64,000 bases of DNA from Eledone cirrhosa (Eukaryota): the NCBI GenBank assembly GCA_964016885.1, contig OZ024745.1, positions 57,722,001 through 57,786,000 of the forward strand. The letters are read 5' to 3'. A program made the translations under genes and the position numbers. The notes beneath the pieces are model-generated. The model did no database searches. It worked only from the letters and a program-made list of their open reading frames with translations, and was not told where the DNA came from. Position 1 is the stretch's first letter; every line of letters starts with the position of its first letter. Shown piece by piece: positions 1-14,960 of this stretch.

Positions 1-413
1 TCTACATTTTCTACATACAATCGTGCAACATCACTAGGGAAATACGGCAGAGTATTTTCACTTATATTTAATGTAACGAGAAAATCTAGTTCCATTTTCT
101 TTCTGCATGTCTTTCTACTTTTTTGATTTTTCTTTTCAATTCATGGTGATTTATTATAAGTATTCTCGGATACTTAAGTTTTTATTCAAATATTCTTATG
201 CATTGAATTTATTGACCAAACTATTTCTAAGGAAATTATTGGTGTAGTCATTCTATAAACGGTAATGGGTATTAACAGGATACTTCTCAATTAAATGTGT
301 CTCTATCTTCTCATATATCATTCTTTATTTCATTTTGTGTTTCTATGCGTCTTCCGATAAATAAATGTAGTGTTATTTGTATATTTAAATAAATTAATTA
401 ATAAAAGTAAATA

Positions 414-418
<5 letters not shown>

Positions 419-474
<56 letters not shown>
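419..474. repeat. (TA)n microsatellite
   Basis: Pure AT dinucleotide run, directly followed by an HHR-bearing module. Confidence 0.95.
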
Positions 475-477
<3 letters not shown>

Positions 478-559
478 TCATCCCGGGTTCAATCGGGGGT
501 AACCACAGTAAGTAAGGTACTCAATACAATGCAGAGTATAAATGTGTAATATAGAAAAC

Positions 560-606
560 CTTCTACATGACTAGCACTGATTCATTCGTGAGAAATCATC
601 AGGAAG
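560..606 (-). ncRNA. Type I hammerhead ribozyme motif with one core mismatch
   Basis: Minus strand reads CTTC-CTGATGA-T-TTC(TCAC)GAA-T-GAAT-CAGTGCTAGTCATG-TA-GAAG; stem I CTTC/GAAG. A diverged sister copy at 35381-35428 has GAAA at this position. Confidence 0.6.
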
Positions 607-867
607 CTGACTGTCCAAGTATATATAGTAGTGAAAGCGTGAAGAATAACATGGTCGGCTGTACAAAAAGGTTATTATTTACAGTATTAACCATTGTTTC
701 ATTGATCAGGTGACTCTAAAGGCCGCTGGTCACTCGAAGTTGCGTCACTCAACCTTAAATACAGTGCGCGTCTCTGATCAAATCCTTGGAATACTGGAGC
801 GTGTAACACATGGCACTGGTATTTATAGATACATCGGAGACTCAAGTGAATGAAAACAATAATACCA

Positions 868-2515
868 ATAACTGTTTCTACTTTAGGCACAAGGCCAGCA
901 AATACCCAGTGCATTACTGGTACTTTATTTTATCGACTCCGTAAGGATGAAAGGCAAAGTCAACCTTGGCGGGATTTGAACTCAGATCGTAAAGGGACGT
1001 AACTATGCTGGAAAGCATGATGATAATACCAATAATTGTTACTACTTTAGGCAGAAGGCCAGCAATTACCCAGTACATTACTGGTACTTTATTTTATCGA
1101 CCCCGTAAGGATGAAAAGCAAAGTTAACCTCGGCGGGATTTGAACTCAGAAGACAAGGGCCGTAACTCTATGCGTCAAAGCATGGCGTCCGACCCTCTAC
1201 GGATGCTGCTAATCCAAAAGATAATAAACAGTAATAAAGAAGTAACAATGAAAATGATAAAGATGTAAAAAATAGGTACAAAATACGGTTTCTGATAATA
1301 GTAGTAGTGGTGGTGGTAGTTGAAGTTATAATTGTTTCTACTATTGGCACAAGGCCAGCAATTATAACAGTAGATTACTGGTACTTTATTTTATCGAACC
1401 CGTAAGGATGAAAGGCAAAGTTAACCTCGGCGGAATTTGAATTCACACCATAAAGGAGCGTAATTCTATGCTGAGTAAGTGGATGTGTAAAATAGTGATG
1501 ACAGTAATGATAACAATAACATGAAAAGAAATACATATGATTGATACATATATGATATATATGATTGGCGATTTGTTGTGTATTGTGTTTGTTAAATTGG
1601 CGAAATAAAATTGCAAGAGGTACAAAAAAATATCAGGGATTAAATGAAAAATAAAAAGTAACAGAGGAGAGATTAAGAACAGGAGATAGAAAATAAAGAA
1701 TAAGGATTCGAGGGTGAGACATAAAGGACAGGGAAGCAGTAGATAGATAGATAGAGAATAAAAAGTGAATGGGACAGTGATGATATATGGGTGATTAAGG
1801 TCTGTTAGACTGATTGTTGATTCTTAATGGAGGTGATGTGGTTATAGAGAGAGAATGGTTAGGAGATTCATGATGTTGATTTAATTGTTTCTACTTTTGG
1901 CACAAGGCCAGCAATTACCCAGTACATTACTGGTACTTTATTTTATCGACCCCGTAAGGATGAAAGGCAAAGTTAACCTAGGCGGGATTTGAACACAGAC
2001 CGTAAAGGCACGTATGACCAGTGGTCAGTTAACAGCTAATAACAGTGGGGTGGGGTGAAGCTAGTACATTTAAATCCGGGTGGTTTTAACTGAATTCCGA
2101 AATTGCTGAATCGAATCATGCCGGTTGCGGTTTGAAGTTCTGTGTGTATGTGCTCGCGCGCGTGTGTGTGTGCGTGTGTGTATGTGTGTGTGTATAAAAC
2201 AAAGAGGTACTTTATTTTATCGACCCCGTAAGGATGAAAGGCAATGTTAACCTCGGCGGGATTTGAACTCAGACCGTAAAGCGACATAACAATGCTGGAA
2301 AGCATGGCGTCCGACCTTCTACTGATACTTTGAAATAATTGTTTCTACTTTTGGCACAAGGCCAGCAATTACCCAGTGCATTACTGGTACTTTATTTTAT
2401 CGACCCCGTAAGGATGAAAGGCAAAGTCAACATCGGCGGGATTTGAACTCAGATCGTAAAGGGACGTAACTATGCTGGAAAGCATGGCGTCCGACCCTCT
2501 ACCGATAATGTCCAA
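868..2515 (-). mobile_element. Cluster of six same-orientation tRNA-derived SINE copies (approx. 868-1019, 1031-1213, 1328-1475, 1882-2012, 2206-2326, 2335-2515)
   Basis: Each copy has GGTACTTTATTTTATCGA..CCGTAAGGATGAAA.GCAA.GT.AA...GG.GG.ATTTGAA, the reverse complement of a B box plus a Deu/Nin-like central domain. Confidence 0.92.
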
Positions 2516-3494
2516 TTACAAGATATATATAATCTAATGAACTGCTGGTCTGGTGCAATTTATCATAGAATTGACCATGAAATGGATCAGCAATCCTGGT
2601 TTGAGGTAAGGGGCCATTAGCCTAACATAAGTTTGTCGGTAATCGTTGGGTTGTATGTAAAAGGTGTATGGTTAATTCGACTAAATGTGTTGATTCTAAC
2701 AAGAGTACATGTACGAGTAGCTTATAAAGATAAGCTGCTCGACAGAAAATACGAATCCATTATTTTTATATAAACACACTTATTGACTTTACAAGCACTA
2801 TAATAAGCTGTGTTTCTAAAACAGATTTAATATGAACTTGGAATTTTTTCCCGTATAATTTCCTCTCCATTGGCTTGAAAGTAATTCTTATTTTTAATAA
2901 TATAGGCATTCAATATTCGTGTCAAATATTGATTTTCTAATGAATATTCCAATCCCATTACATTAACGATTCAGTTATTAAAAATATTGCCTCCACGTTT
3001 AATTTATTTTGCTGTAAAATTCCTTTTTTTTTTGTGTGTTATCGAGGTTCTTATAACATAGTATTACGTGAGTCATAACGACAAGCCTGAGCCTTAATTC
3101 ATGTATATTACTTTTGAATTTAGTTTTTCATTCTATGAGATTGTGCAACCTAAATTAAAAGGAATATTAAGTTATTTCATGATTGAATTTAGTAACGTGG
3201 CATATTTTATTTTATTTGTATTATATGTTGAAATTAGTTCCATGGTTACTAACATAATTTTCATAACCTTTCATAAATTGATGTCTAATCAAAATCGTGT
3301 GTTCCAGTCTTGTTACCTTTTGGGTGAAATCGATTTCACCTTTATGAGTGTTTATGTTGAAATTATGGTCAAATTTCAAACGTTAAAGCACACGAATATC
3401 CTCTAATACTGTATATGTATGTTTATTTATCTCGTTGTTATCGCTCTTCCGTTCTCTTTCCCCTCTCTCTCTCTATATTTGTTTTTCCATTAAC

Positions 3495-3602
3495 ATTACA
3501 AGGGGTCTGACGAGCTGCGGATTACAGTGGCAAAACGGGCGTGACCAACCAATATACGTAATGAAGGAGTAACCAATCGTCCTTGTTATCTTATTTCACT
3601 AT
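3495..3602 (+). mobile_element. pLTR-like module, HHR family A (decayed HHR at 3504-3546)
   Basis: GGT-CTGACGA-GCTGC(GGATTACA)GTGGC-AAAA-CGGGCG-TG-ACC; the tail matches 46932-47166 and 60236-60383; ends in (TA)n. Confidence 0.8.
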
Positions 3603-3972
3603 ATATATGTATATATATATATAAAGAATTAGTATATCTACCAACATATATATACAGATGCATACCTATGCTAGCAAATATATAGGTTTTGTCTTAGTAA
3701 CTTTGTGGTTCAATGCAAGGGGATGCAGAACAATTATATGTAAGACATAAAATAAGAAAATTATAAAAATTAACTTACTTACTAAAATTTCACTCCAGCT
3801 AATTAGTTTCTGAAAGGGAATAAACATGGCTTCCGAATGGAACAACATGGAGAATACCTTTCGTCATCAGGAAGTCAATTCTCAGCTAAGTTCCCAGGCG
3901 ATGCGTGGACACAGGGAACTTATACAAAAATAATTCAGTGGATGGAAAAAAGCAAGCGAGGACTAAATTCCA

Positions 3973-4009
<37 letters not shown>

Positions 4010-4840
4010 GATATGAGATAAACCCATATTTTCCTGAAGCAAATCGCTTTTGAACAGAAGCCCCCTCAATTCAATCTATACATTGACAAATTGACAATCA
4101 TATGGATCATTTTGCATATATGTACTCTGTCTTTGTGCATTTATTCATTATTGGTTCTTTTCTTTTCTTTTGTGTACTTTATATCTGTTTTTCTTTGGTT
4201 TTGTTCCATGTGATGGAAATTATGACTGTGTACCAGATTGACTACTGCCTTGAATACTGTAGTTTACCCTCCGTTCTAATGTACGGCACTATCGTTCAAT
4301 ATGTGGATGGTGTAACTGACATTGTAACCCCTCTCAGAACTTCTTACTTAAACATCTCTCTCCATATTATTTACCCACTTCAATCTAAATGTTTTTTTAC
4401 TCACCTCAATCCGGATTCTCACGTGAACATTTTTTAATTTCTAATTGTTAATTTTTTAATTGTTTAATTTATAATTTCTGATTTTTGATTTGGGATTTTA
4501 ATTTTTATTTCCAACTCTCACTCTTAACTTCCAATGTAAAACCATGATACCTAGAATTAAGTATATTTTCTCTTGGGAGTTGATGGTCAGTCGTACAGTC
4601 CATGCTTGGTAGGAGGTAGTATTGTGACCTGTAAACATTCTCCCATCCCCTCTAGCTTTCGGCTGACTGCCACAGACGGGACGGGTAGCAGTAAACTATG
4701 GTACAGGCCTAAATGGGTCATTGTTTGGCTGAGAGGGTGAAGTGACTAAGAGAATTTCGTTGAAATCGGCGGTAGCTAATGGTCAACTTCCATCGGACAT
4801 GCGCCTGCGCAGACCGGTGGGGGTGAATTGGTACTCACTC

Positions 4841-6246
<1,406 letters not shown>

Positions 6247-6418
6247 GCCGTAATGGTATATTTATTTACTGTTTCTTCATAGATGCTTTTATTCTTATAG
6301 CCTGGTCTAATTGATTTTTTGTGTGGTTAATTATGCTGAGTGGGAGTAGAGATGATGTATATATATTATCAAATAATTATCTGGACATGCTTTACTCTAT
6401 AGTATATATATATATATA

Positions 6419-6634
6419 CCAAAGCGGTGTGGTAAGATACCAGGTGGACCATAACGCACCAGAGTACTCGACACTTGGGTTAGAGGAGTGGGTAATATGA
6501 AAAGATTCAGACCCCGACCGCTGAGCTCCGGTCATTTCGACAGCTAAATCGGAACTAAGCGACCGGTTGGGTTAGTTCCGATCTAGCTGTCGAAACGACC
6601 GGAGCTCAGCGGTCGGGTCTGAATCTGTTCATAT
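6419..6634. mobile_element. pLTR-like fold-back module (arms 6495-6558 and 6572-6634), same family as 17325-17554
   Basis: About 63-bp near-perfect inverted arms containing GTCGAAACG; flanked by (TA)n on both sides. Confidence 0.8.
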
Positions 6635-7201
6635 ATATATATATACACAATACACAATTAGTTGACGGGACTAGCATGAGTTTCACTGCTAGTTCCGGTT
6701 GCATCTCAGCGTACTCAATAGATAATGTTATGTACAATCCCAGAGTAGACACGTAGTTATTCGTTTCAATACAACACACATAAATGGGTACTTTCAAACT
6801 ACACCCGTCCTCGAGTTTCGGCCACACTTAATGCAGCAATAGAGAGAGCAGCATCTACTGTCTGCAAATGTTATGCAACAATACACAATCGGTGCATGTG
6901 GATTCATCAGCGGGTTTTGCTTAATCAATAGCCAATCGATCAACAGTATTCGATTCCAGTCCGTGTCGGTAATGACAGTTAATGTGACGGTCAACACAGT
7001 AAAACACTAGCAACTGAAATCCCTACGCGTCTTCACATTGCTATCAACCGATTGGATACTGATTCAGAAATTTACGTGACGGTAGGAGACGAAATTCAAA
7101 TAGTTCCGCTCCCGTCATAATCACTCAGCCAACTTATCACAAACACATATTTTTCCTTGTAGGATTATTAGTATTATTATTAATCTTATTATTATTATCA
7201 T

Positions 7202-7300
7202 TGTTAACTTTGCCTTTCATCCTTACGGGGTCGATAAAATAAAGTACCAGTAATACACTGGGAAAATTGCTGGCCTTGTGCCAAAAGTAGAAACAATTAT
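7202..7300 (+). mobile_element. SINE 3' half
   Basis: GTTAACTTTGCCTTTCATCCTTACGGGGTCGATAAAATAAAGTACCAG...GTAGAAACAATTATT. Confidence 0.9.
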
Positions 7301-7319
7301 TATTATCATTGTTAAATGT

Positions 7320-7868
7320 TATCTTCATCATTTCCCAGTGTTGATGTTAACTACCAGTATTTTTCTTCTTACCATCAGGCTTCATCTCGGAGCTTAAGAT
7401 AAGATTTCTTTTTACTTTTCAAATTAATCTGGCAGAGTCAAGTAGGCATGTCTTTTGTACAGGCTCTATACCAAGATCAAATCCAATTTGTTGCACTTTT
7501 TTCTAAGATTGTCTTATACATTTCAGGACTCCTATAATTATTGGTACCAATATTACCTTATTTACTTCCACCAGTCCATACTTTCAGAACTTTATATTTG
7601 AGATCGTTGTAGTTTTTATTTTCTATTTCTTTATATATTATTCTCTTGTCAAAAGGGAATGCCGCATCTATAACGAAACATTTATTTTCTTTCCTGCGTA
7701 TCACTACTATCTATGTCCCGTTCGTTGTGATTCATCCTTGTTTCCCTTTGTATTGTAATATCCCAAAGAATTCTTGCTTCATCATTTTTCCAGCATTTTC
7801 ATCTCTTTTGTTACAAATTGAACATACCATTTTCCATAACTTTGACTCCAATTAGTTCTTATTGCAGG
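7320..7868 (-). mobile_element. R4/Dong-type non-LTR retrotransposon 3' relic (restriction-like endonuclease)
   Basis: Frameshifted minus-strand translation NDEARILWDITIQ..IVVIRRKENKCFVIDAAFPFDKRIIYKEIENKNYNDLK..VILVPIIIGVL..VQKTCLLDSARLI fits the RLE domain pattern; TAA-rich tail. Confidence 0.8.
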
Positions 7869-7930
7869 TGTGTGTATGTGTGTGCGTATGTATGTGTGTC
7901 TGTATGTGTGTGTATGTGTGTCTGTGTGTG

Positions 7931-8014
<84 letters not shown>
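7868..8014. repeat. (TG)n microsatellite
   Basis: Read directly. Confidence 0.95.
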
Positions 8015-8018
<4 letters not shown>

Positions 8019-8383
8019 TACATAATACATACTAGACTTTGTTGATTCCTACGAGAATACGACAGTTGATGCGGTCACCAGAACTAATAAACCACTAAAC
8101 ATGTGTTGCTTCAATATATTTCTCATGGAGATTGGGCATGAAACAATGCGTGACAATGCTGGCCTTATGTATTACAAGTGTAAGATATTATTGCAGAATA
8201 ATGATTTATTGCCTTGATAGCAATATCGCTAAAATAAGTAAATCATATAATAAGGCACAGTAATAAATTATAATTATAGCGAAATAGGGTTTGATTTTTT
8301 TTTACGAGACTTCACATACATATGTCTAGTACAACTGTCAAAAAGAGTGTCGGTGCCATTTTAAGTAATGAGAGGGGCAGTGC

Positions 8384-8541
8384 CTCATAACGAACTCAAG
8401 ACGACACGATAAATATTTAAGCTAATGTTCAATATCTCATATTAGATGTTTAGTAATTATTAATACGAAATGCACTTAAACCGAATTCTATATTATAAAT
8501 TCACTTAAATAATTATCGTGTCATCTTGAGTTTGTTATGAG
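8384..8541. mobile_element. MITE-like element with 38-bp imperfect terminal inverted repeats
   Basis: CTCATAACGAACTCAAGACGACACGATAAATATTTAAG (8384-8421) versus CTTAAATAATTATCGTGTCATCTTGAGTTTGTTATGAG (8504-8541). Confidence 0.65.
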
Positions 8542-9647
8542 TCTCTTTTTTTATAAAAGGATGCCACAGATAATGATTACAATAATTTTGAGCAACAACT
8601 CTAGTCCCACACCTTTGAAGGTTTGTTATAACATTCTATGGCTCTTTTGAGCTTGCGCATTTTTCAGGTCTAGTTTAATACTCTTTTAAGGCAACGCTTG
8701 AAATAACTCTCGTTAAACATGATATATATTAATAATAAATTATCGTTGTAATGTAATTAGATTATATAATTGTTATTTTATAAATGATCTTATAAATATT
8801 ATTGAAAGATGTATAAAAATATTTTCAGACTTTTAATATAAACAACTACAAAAAACAATCAATATTAAATAAATATATTTTACATAATAATTGTTATAGT
8901 TGAATTACTAAAAATTAAATATTACATACAAATAATCTAACATAATAATAAAAAATAATCTAACATAATAATATTAGAATAATCTAACATAAAACGAACA
9001 ATAATATGGACAAATATTCAAGTAAATGTGATACAACCAATATTATAAGCATGAAAAAAAAATAGTAAATATAAATGTTTTTAAATCATATATAAATTAA
9101 CAATATAACTTACCAAAACGAGAAAAATATTTTGATGATGAATGACGAAACACAGGAGGAAGATTCGAAAGCGAAACGATAAATAAACGTGCAAACAAAG
9201 TGGTGGATGCTTTTGAACTACAATTACTCTCATTGGTCGTTTAGCCAATAATACGATGAAATTAGCCAATAAGACGATACATTTCAAAAGATGTTTGGGA
9301 GGGATCACCACGGCCAGCGAAACCCCTTGAATGTTTTATCCACAAGCTACGCATATATGTCAGACATGCAGATTAAAACATTCTGTTGTTAGACACTGCG
9401 TATCTAACAGATTATAACTTAGCCAACGCAAAAACAATGTTTAGCTTATACACTAAAAACCGTGCTTGTAGGCTGGAAAGATTTTAACATAATACAGAGA
9501 GAAAGCCTATGAATGAAGAAGTACAGTGTATACCTGTGTATGTGTTTCACTGTTATATACGACACACCCTAATTTTGCAACCAAAATTCTTGGCACAGCA
9601 CTTGACTTATTTAAATATTTATGTAGGATTTGCAGCAATATTTATTA

Positions 9648-9742
<95 letters not shown>

Positions 9743-11144
9743 CGTGTGCGTGTGCGTGTGTGTGTGTGTGTGTGTATATTGGGAATATATATTCAGAATA
9801 AGAAAGACTATTTTTTTTTTCCCTTAATCCTTGAGATTACATCGAGAGAAAATAAAATATGTTCATCGTTTGGAAGAATCGAAAGTATCTACAATGTTGT
9901 TATGTTATGAATAATGGAATTAACCTAAAACCCATGAATCAAAATCGATAGAAAATCGATATTCGTCGCATAAAACTATTCTTTAACAGACCATTCCCCT
10001 GCGAGGATTTTATAGCATCACACGGCTGGCTGTTTTAGCTTCAAGCTTATAGCTTACATTGAACATCTTTTTTAAAAATAGACCTTTTTTGTCTCATAAC
10101 AAACTATTCATCACGTGTCACAACGGTTGCTATAGTGCCTCTTAATACATTGACATCAGAGTAATCTTATACTCTGACATTACACGTAATTTTCAATTTG
10201 CTTACACTTGCTGACATATGTACATTGAATTATGCAAATCCATACACACAAATATATATATATATGTATTATACATTTACAGAGAAATGGATACATATGA
10301 CAGGTATTTCTATATTGTACTTGTCACTCGTGGTATTAGTGACTATAAAATATCTGACAGAATGCTCAACTTTGCTGTTCATAAATATAAAAAATGTAAT
10401 TCAATAACACTCTCAGATTCAGATGTACAGAAATCCTTTTCTTTTGCTTCTACCCAAACTACTTTACTCTCCGCTCTTCGGAAATTGTTGTTTATATGGC
10501 ACCTCATCGAACTTGCTCTCGACTCATTCACCTATCCTCGTATTATCAATTCTTCTAATTACAATCCTTCACGCACCTCAAGAATCATAGCACAGTGTCA
10601 TGTCAAAACCTATATCGTAGAGCGAATCTACGGCTTTTATAGTAAGACACATAATTTCATTTAAAGCAAATCAAAAGATAAGAATACCATTTGAAAGTAA
10701 GGATGTAGACTTTAAGAAAATGTGCTCACTTAGAATGTTTCTTTTCGTAGAGGAAGAAAGAAAAAATCAAAATATTATCGTGGATTCACCAAACCGTCAA
10801 TTAGTGTGCTGATACACACTCACATAAACATATAAACACACACGAGTATGCGCACACATATATTAACAAACACACACAATTATATAGGTATGTAAATATA
10901 TATATATATAAATACATGTGTGTGCATCGGCGTGTATGAGTGTGTTTGTGTGTGTGTGTGAATAGCCGGTGTTAATTTCATATGTATTCTTAGATAGATA
11001 ATGGATATCAAAAATGTATTCACATAAATATTTCGCAAGCAAACTCGAAAGAAGGAAAATAAGATTAATTAGTGAAAAGTAGGAATAAACTCTACACTCC
11101 TGTCTTGGTAGTATATCTTGACTCTGCTCCAGATTATATATATA

Positions 11145-11463
11145 CAAAACGTTTTTTTTTCTATTTTAGGTAGACGCGCTCCATCATCCACTTTTCTAAA
11201 AAAGTATAACATACACAAAACGCCTGCATCAACAGTTTTCCAAGAGATGGCAACATGAACGTACCTATTATTTTTCTCTAAAAACAATTTTCTTCCGATT
11301 CTGCACCGCCCGTCGCTTCAACAATTCTAACTTCTCATGCTCTCCTTAGACGAAGGACTAGCATCCGAAACGTAAGATTCCTGCTATTTCAAGCGTTAAC
11401 CTACTATATTCTTTCGATATAGTGTACAGATTGTGTTGTTATTATTTCTGTTTACCTTTTACA
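11145..11463 (+). mobile_element. pLTR-like repeat with decayed HHR (11344-11377); sister copy at 20881-21191
   Basis: TAGACGA-A-GGA(CTAGCA)TCC-GAAA-CG-TA-AG; about 310 bp is similar to 20881-21191; microsatellite-flanked. Confidence 0.75.
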
Positions 11464-11615
11464 TACACACACGCGCGCATATATATATATATATATATAT
11501 TAATAAAAGGAACTCCAACTTTGTCTGATTTATTCGTTTTATTTACAATCCTTTAAAATGTATAATGGTATTAGAATGAAATAGTATGGTAGAATATTAA
11601 ATGTTAAGTGTTAAT

Positions 11616-11654
11616 TGAACAAGTACTTTCATGCTTTTGCAATCTTCAGGTTCA
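11616..11654 (-). ncRNA. Type I hammerhead ribozyme, intact core
   Basis: TGAAC-CTGAAGA-T-TGC(AAAA)GCA-T-GAAA-GTAC-TT-GTTCA; 5-bp stem I and palindromic stem III, inside a ~190-bp module between two (TA)n tracts. Confidence 0.8.
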
Positions 11655-12689
11655 TATTGTGTGGTGACAGTCAAGTTTGCAATTTTCAAATATATATATA
11701 TATATACATGTATGTGAGCGTGTGACTGTGTGTGAATCTATGTGTGTTTATTTATTTCACCAGTCGTAATATGATGATATCAATTAAATAAATGTACCCT
11801 ACACTATGTATTACAAGTTGTGCATGGAGTATAGCTATTACACGGAAATCTGTTTTTATTTTGTGCTCTGCTCCCTATTTCTATGTAAGTGTATAGTGTG
11901 TTAGCATTACCTTTGAGAAAATACGTTAAGCACCAATAATAGTAAACTAATCATATTTCCCCTTTACCTAAAGAGAACGAAATCATACACTTTATCTGAA
12001 AAAAATATGTTAAACAATTATTCTAGATAGGAAAACGTTTGAAATTGAGAGAAATTGTATGCGATAGATTATTCGGAGATCATATCCAAATTGGATTTCT
12101 AATTCGCTTGTGTTTGGTCAACCTTCTAAAAATCTGTTATGTTTTTCATAAAATAAATGAGTAAATGATTGCTATAATTTATTTGACGTTAAGTTGATTT
12201 CTGTCCTGGGTCGTTAATGCCGAAATGATCAATTAAACGTAGAAATGTTTCCTCTTGACTATCCACTTATATTCAAAGCTTTACTATATATTTTGTGAAC
12301 ATAATACAGCGGCGACTTTGCCGCAGGAAATATCTAATTTTCGTTAGACACATAACAAACTATTAATTTTAGAGCAAATATTGAAATCATTGCATTTTCA
12401 TTTGTTGCATTTATATGCCTCTGAATTTTGGATAACCTTATCAATAACTAAATATATGATTTAGTCACAATTTCAACAGTATGGAGAATAGTAACGCTGC
12501 GTATAGCGGCCTCGGTGCTTCTTTAGTACTTTTTTTATCGCCACTGCCATGGTGCAGGATAAAGTTGAAATCGGTTTGCTTTGAACTCGAAATATTTGTA
12601 AAGAAATACCGGAATAGTGACACTGCCTTTTCATCACCATAGTAAGCATATATATTTATATAATGTCATACAGAAAATCTCGAATTCAT

Positions 12690-12797
12690 CAAATCTCGCC
12701 GAGGTTAACTTTGCCTTTCATCCTTAAGGGGTCGATAAAATAAAGTACCAGTAATGCACTGGGTAATTGCTGGCATTGTGCCAAAGTAGAAACAATT
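12690..12797 (+). mobile_element. SINE, 5'-truncated
   Basis: Same SINE core and tail. Confidence 0.88.
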
Positions 12798-13409
12798 AAT
12801 ATTATATTGTCATAAGGGCAATACTTTAAAAAGTACCTATTAGTTTTTATATTTTTATTTGTTCACAGAAACAAGGAAGTACTTATTATTTGTAATGACG
12901 TGTGAAATATTTTCATATCTGATTGCTGGGTTTGTATATGAAAGTCATAATGAGTCGTGAATAAGTATACTTTCGAAGGAATGTAAAGTTAATGTATAGT
13001 ATTGGAATATAGCATTTTATTGAATAAACATATTGATGGTATACTCTGGTATTAGAAAATAATAAAGCTGGTGTCAAGTTCATTATGATGGATTTTCCGA
13101 CCTTAGCATTCGCTAAACTTTCAATTTCATTATCGTCGGTCCAGAATTATAATAGAAAAGTGTATATATATATGATATGAGACATTTCCAGAGACTCAGA
13201 CAAGTTATCTACTTCTCATGTCATGTTAATTAGGTTTACTTTACATTTCGTTTAAAGGTGAGTACTACATATATATGGTGATTTACCCTTGTATGTGACT
13301 GAGGCTAGGAAATCCTCTTATCGGTTTGATTTGAAAGATCAATCAAAATATATGAAGTGATTTGCTTTATCTGCCTTAGGTATTGTTATTAATATTCTGT
13401 CTAAGGGAG

Positions 13410-13630
13410 ATGAAGTGCCAGTATTGATAGAGCGTTAGACATCATGCTTTGTGGCATATAGTTACGTCTCCTTTCGTTCTGAATTCAAATCCCATCGAGG
13501 TTAGATTTATCTTCCATCCTTACGGGGTCGATAAAAGAAAACACCAGCACACGCACTTGGTGGCGATTTAGTCGTATTTCCCCTTCCCTTCAAATTGGTG
13601 GCCTTGAGCGAAAATTAGAAACAATTATTA
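13410..13630 (+). mobile_element. SINE, diverged full-length copy
   Basis: GAATTCAAATCCCATCGAGGTTAG...CCATCCTTACGGGGTCGATAAAAG...TTAGAAACAATTATT. Confidence 0.8.
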
Positions 13631-14224
13631 ATGTCACACATTATCTTACCATTATAAAAAAACCAGTAATGTTTACATCCATAAAACATATTTCCTTGTT
13701 ACATATCTACATTACTTTCAGAATTAGTGACACCCTGTTTCAGCTCAATGTATTGAGCTCCAGTTCACTCTTCTTACAATAAATAGAACTATATAGACAT
13801 CTATTAGCTAGTTTAAGATGACACATAATTTATACCCAATAATATTAAAATGTATTGTATACTAATAGAGTGATACATAAAAACGTTTTCGAAAATTAGA
13901 TAATAACTTATTCTATATTCTTGAAATAGAAGGAATATATTTTAAAGGAATATAAAAGCATTTATGAGGAGAAAGAAAAGTGTAACATAAGGTTATCTAA
14001 CAATTTGAATAATACGTATCAGTTTGCGTGTGTAAAATTTTAATGCAATGCTGTAAATATTTTGCCTTTGTGCTACACTTATGTTTAAGTTATAGGATTC
14101 CATGACATAATAGAAAGATCTTTGCATTAATTGTTTTCATTATTTTGATTTTGTTTTTATTTGCCTTATTATTCTTCCATATTCGATGAAATAAAGTATT
14201 AATAAGTACCCTCATATTTACAAA

Positions 14225-14490
14225 GGGTGGTGTCATCTGCTTACGGCGATTTTGCAGCCATGACTGACTCTGCTTCTGGTAGGGAACAAATCGGAGTCCT
14301 TCCATTTCTCACACCCGAATATCTCGGCAGTGCTATAGAGCCGTTGGAAAAGGGTGGTTATCTTGGGGGTCTCGCCGACAAGCTGCGGAATTATCCAGAA
14401 GGATGCATGGTCGACCGTGTCGAAAGCCACCTTGATGTCAACGAAAGCGATGTAGAGGCAGCGATCTCTGCGGAACTATATACCTGTAGT
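14225..14490 (-). mobile_element. RTE-like LINE reverse transcriptase fragment, internally deleted
   Basis: LYIAFVDIKVAFDTVDHASFW...RVSHGCKIA followed directly by a decayed (Y)ADDTT. Confidence 0.75.
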
Positions 14491-14527
14491 AATTAAAACA
14501 TATATATGTATGATTATATCAAAGATA

Positions 14528-14960
14528 CTAGCTGAATCACCTGGCGTTTCCGGGGTTACTGCTGTTCTTATTCAGATTGGTAAACAATAAATATGAAGAT
14601 ATATTGTTTTCTCTTAATTGTTTCAAAATATCTATATTTTATAAAAATCAAATCAAAATTGTAATGATAATAGAATTTTAAAATTAAAATCTTTCAATCT
14701 TGAAGCACCTCAGGGTAAACAATATTCATTGTCCAACTGAATAAATTGTTGCTGCTTCCAACTCGTTAGCAACCAACATATGGTTGACCGTGGAAGAAAC
14801 ATGTAGTAGAGATATGAAGTCCAACTACCTTGAGGGATTGACCCTGAGATGTGTTAATTGAAATAACAAAACTTAGTTTGACTGGAAACTAAAGACTCTT
14901 AAATTCAAATGGTACAGCTGTAGGTATGAGAGGAATTTTTAGAATAAAACATTGTTTTCA
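14528..14960 (-). mobile_element. Helitron 3' end with Pif1-like helicase C-terminal relic
   Basis: KIPLIPTAVPFEFKSL*FPVKLSFVISINTSQGQSLKVVGLHISTTCFFHGQPYVGC*RVG (14697-14955); subterminal GC hairpin and terminal CTAG followed by T at 14531-14527. Confidence 0.9.

Noticed and set aside
2704-2746. 12-bp hairpin with CTGTCGA on minus beside a GTACATGTAC palindrome
   Set aside because: No GAAA and core mismatched; cannot be called a hammerhead
3828-3876. Minus-strand CTTC-CTGATGA-C-GAAA...TC-GGAAG
   Set aside because: Stem II absent and stem III unconvincing; at most a deleted relic
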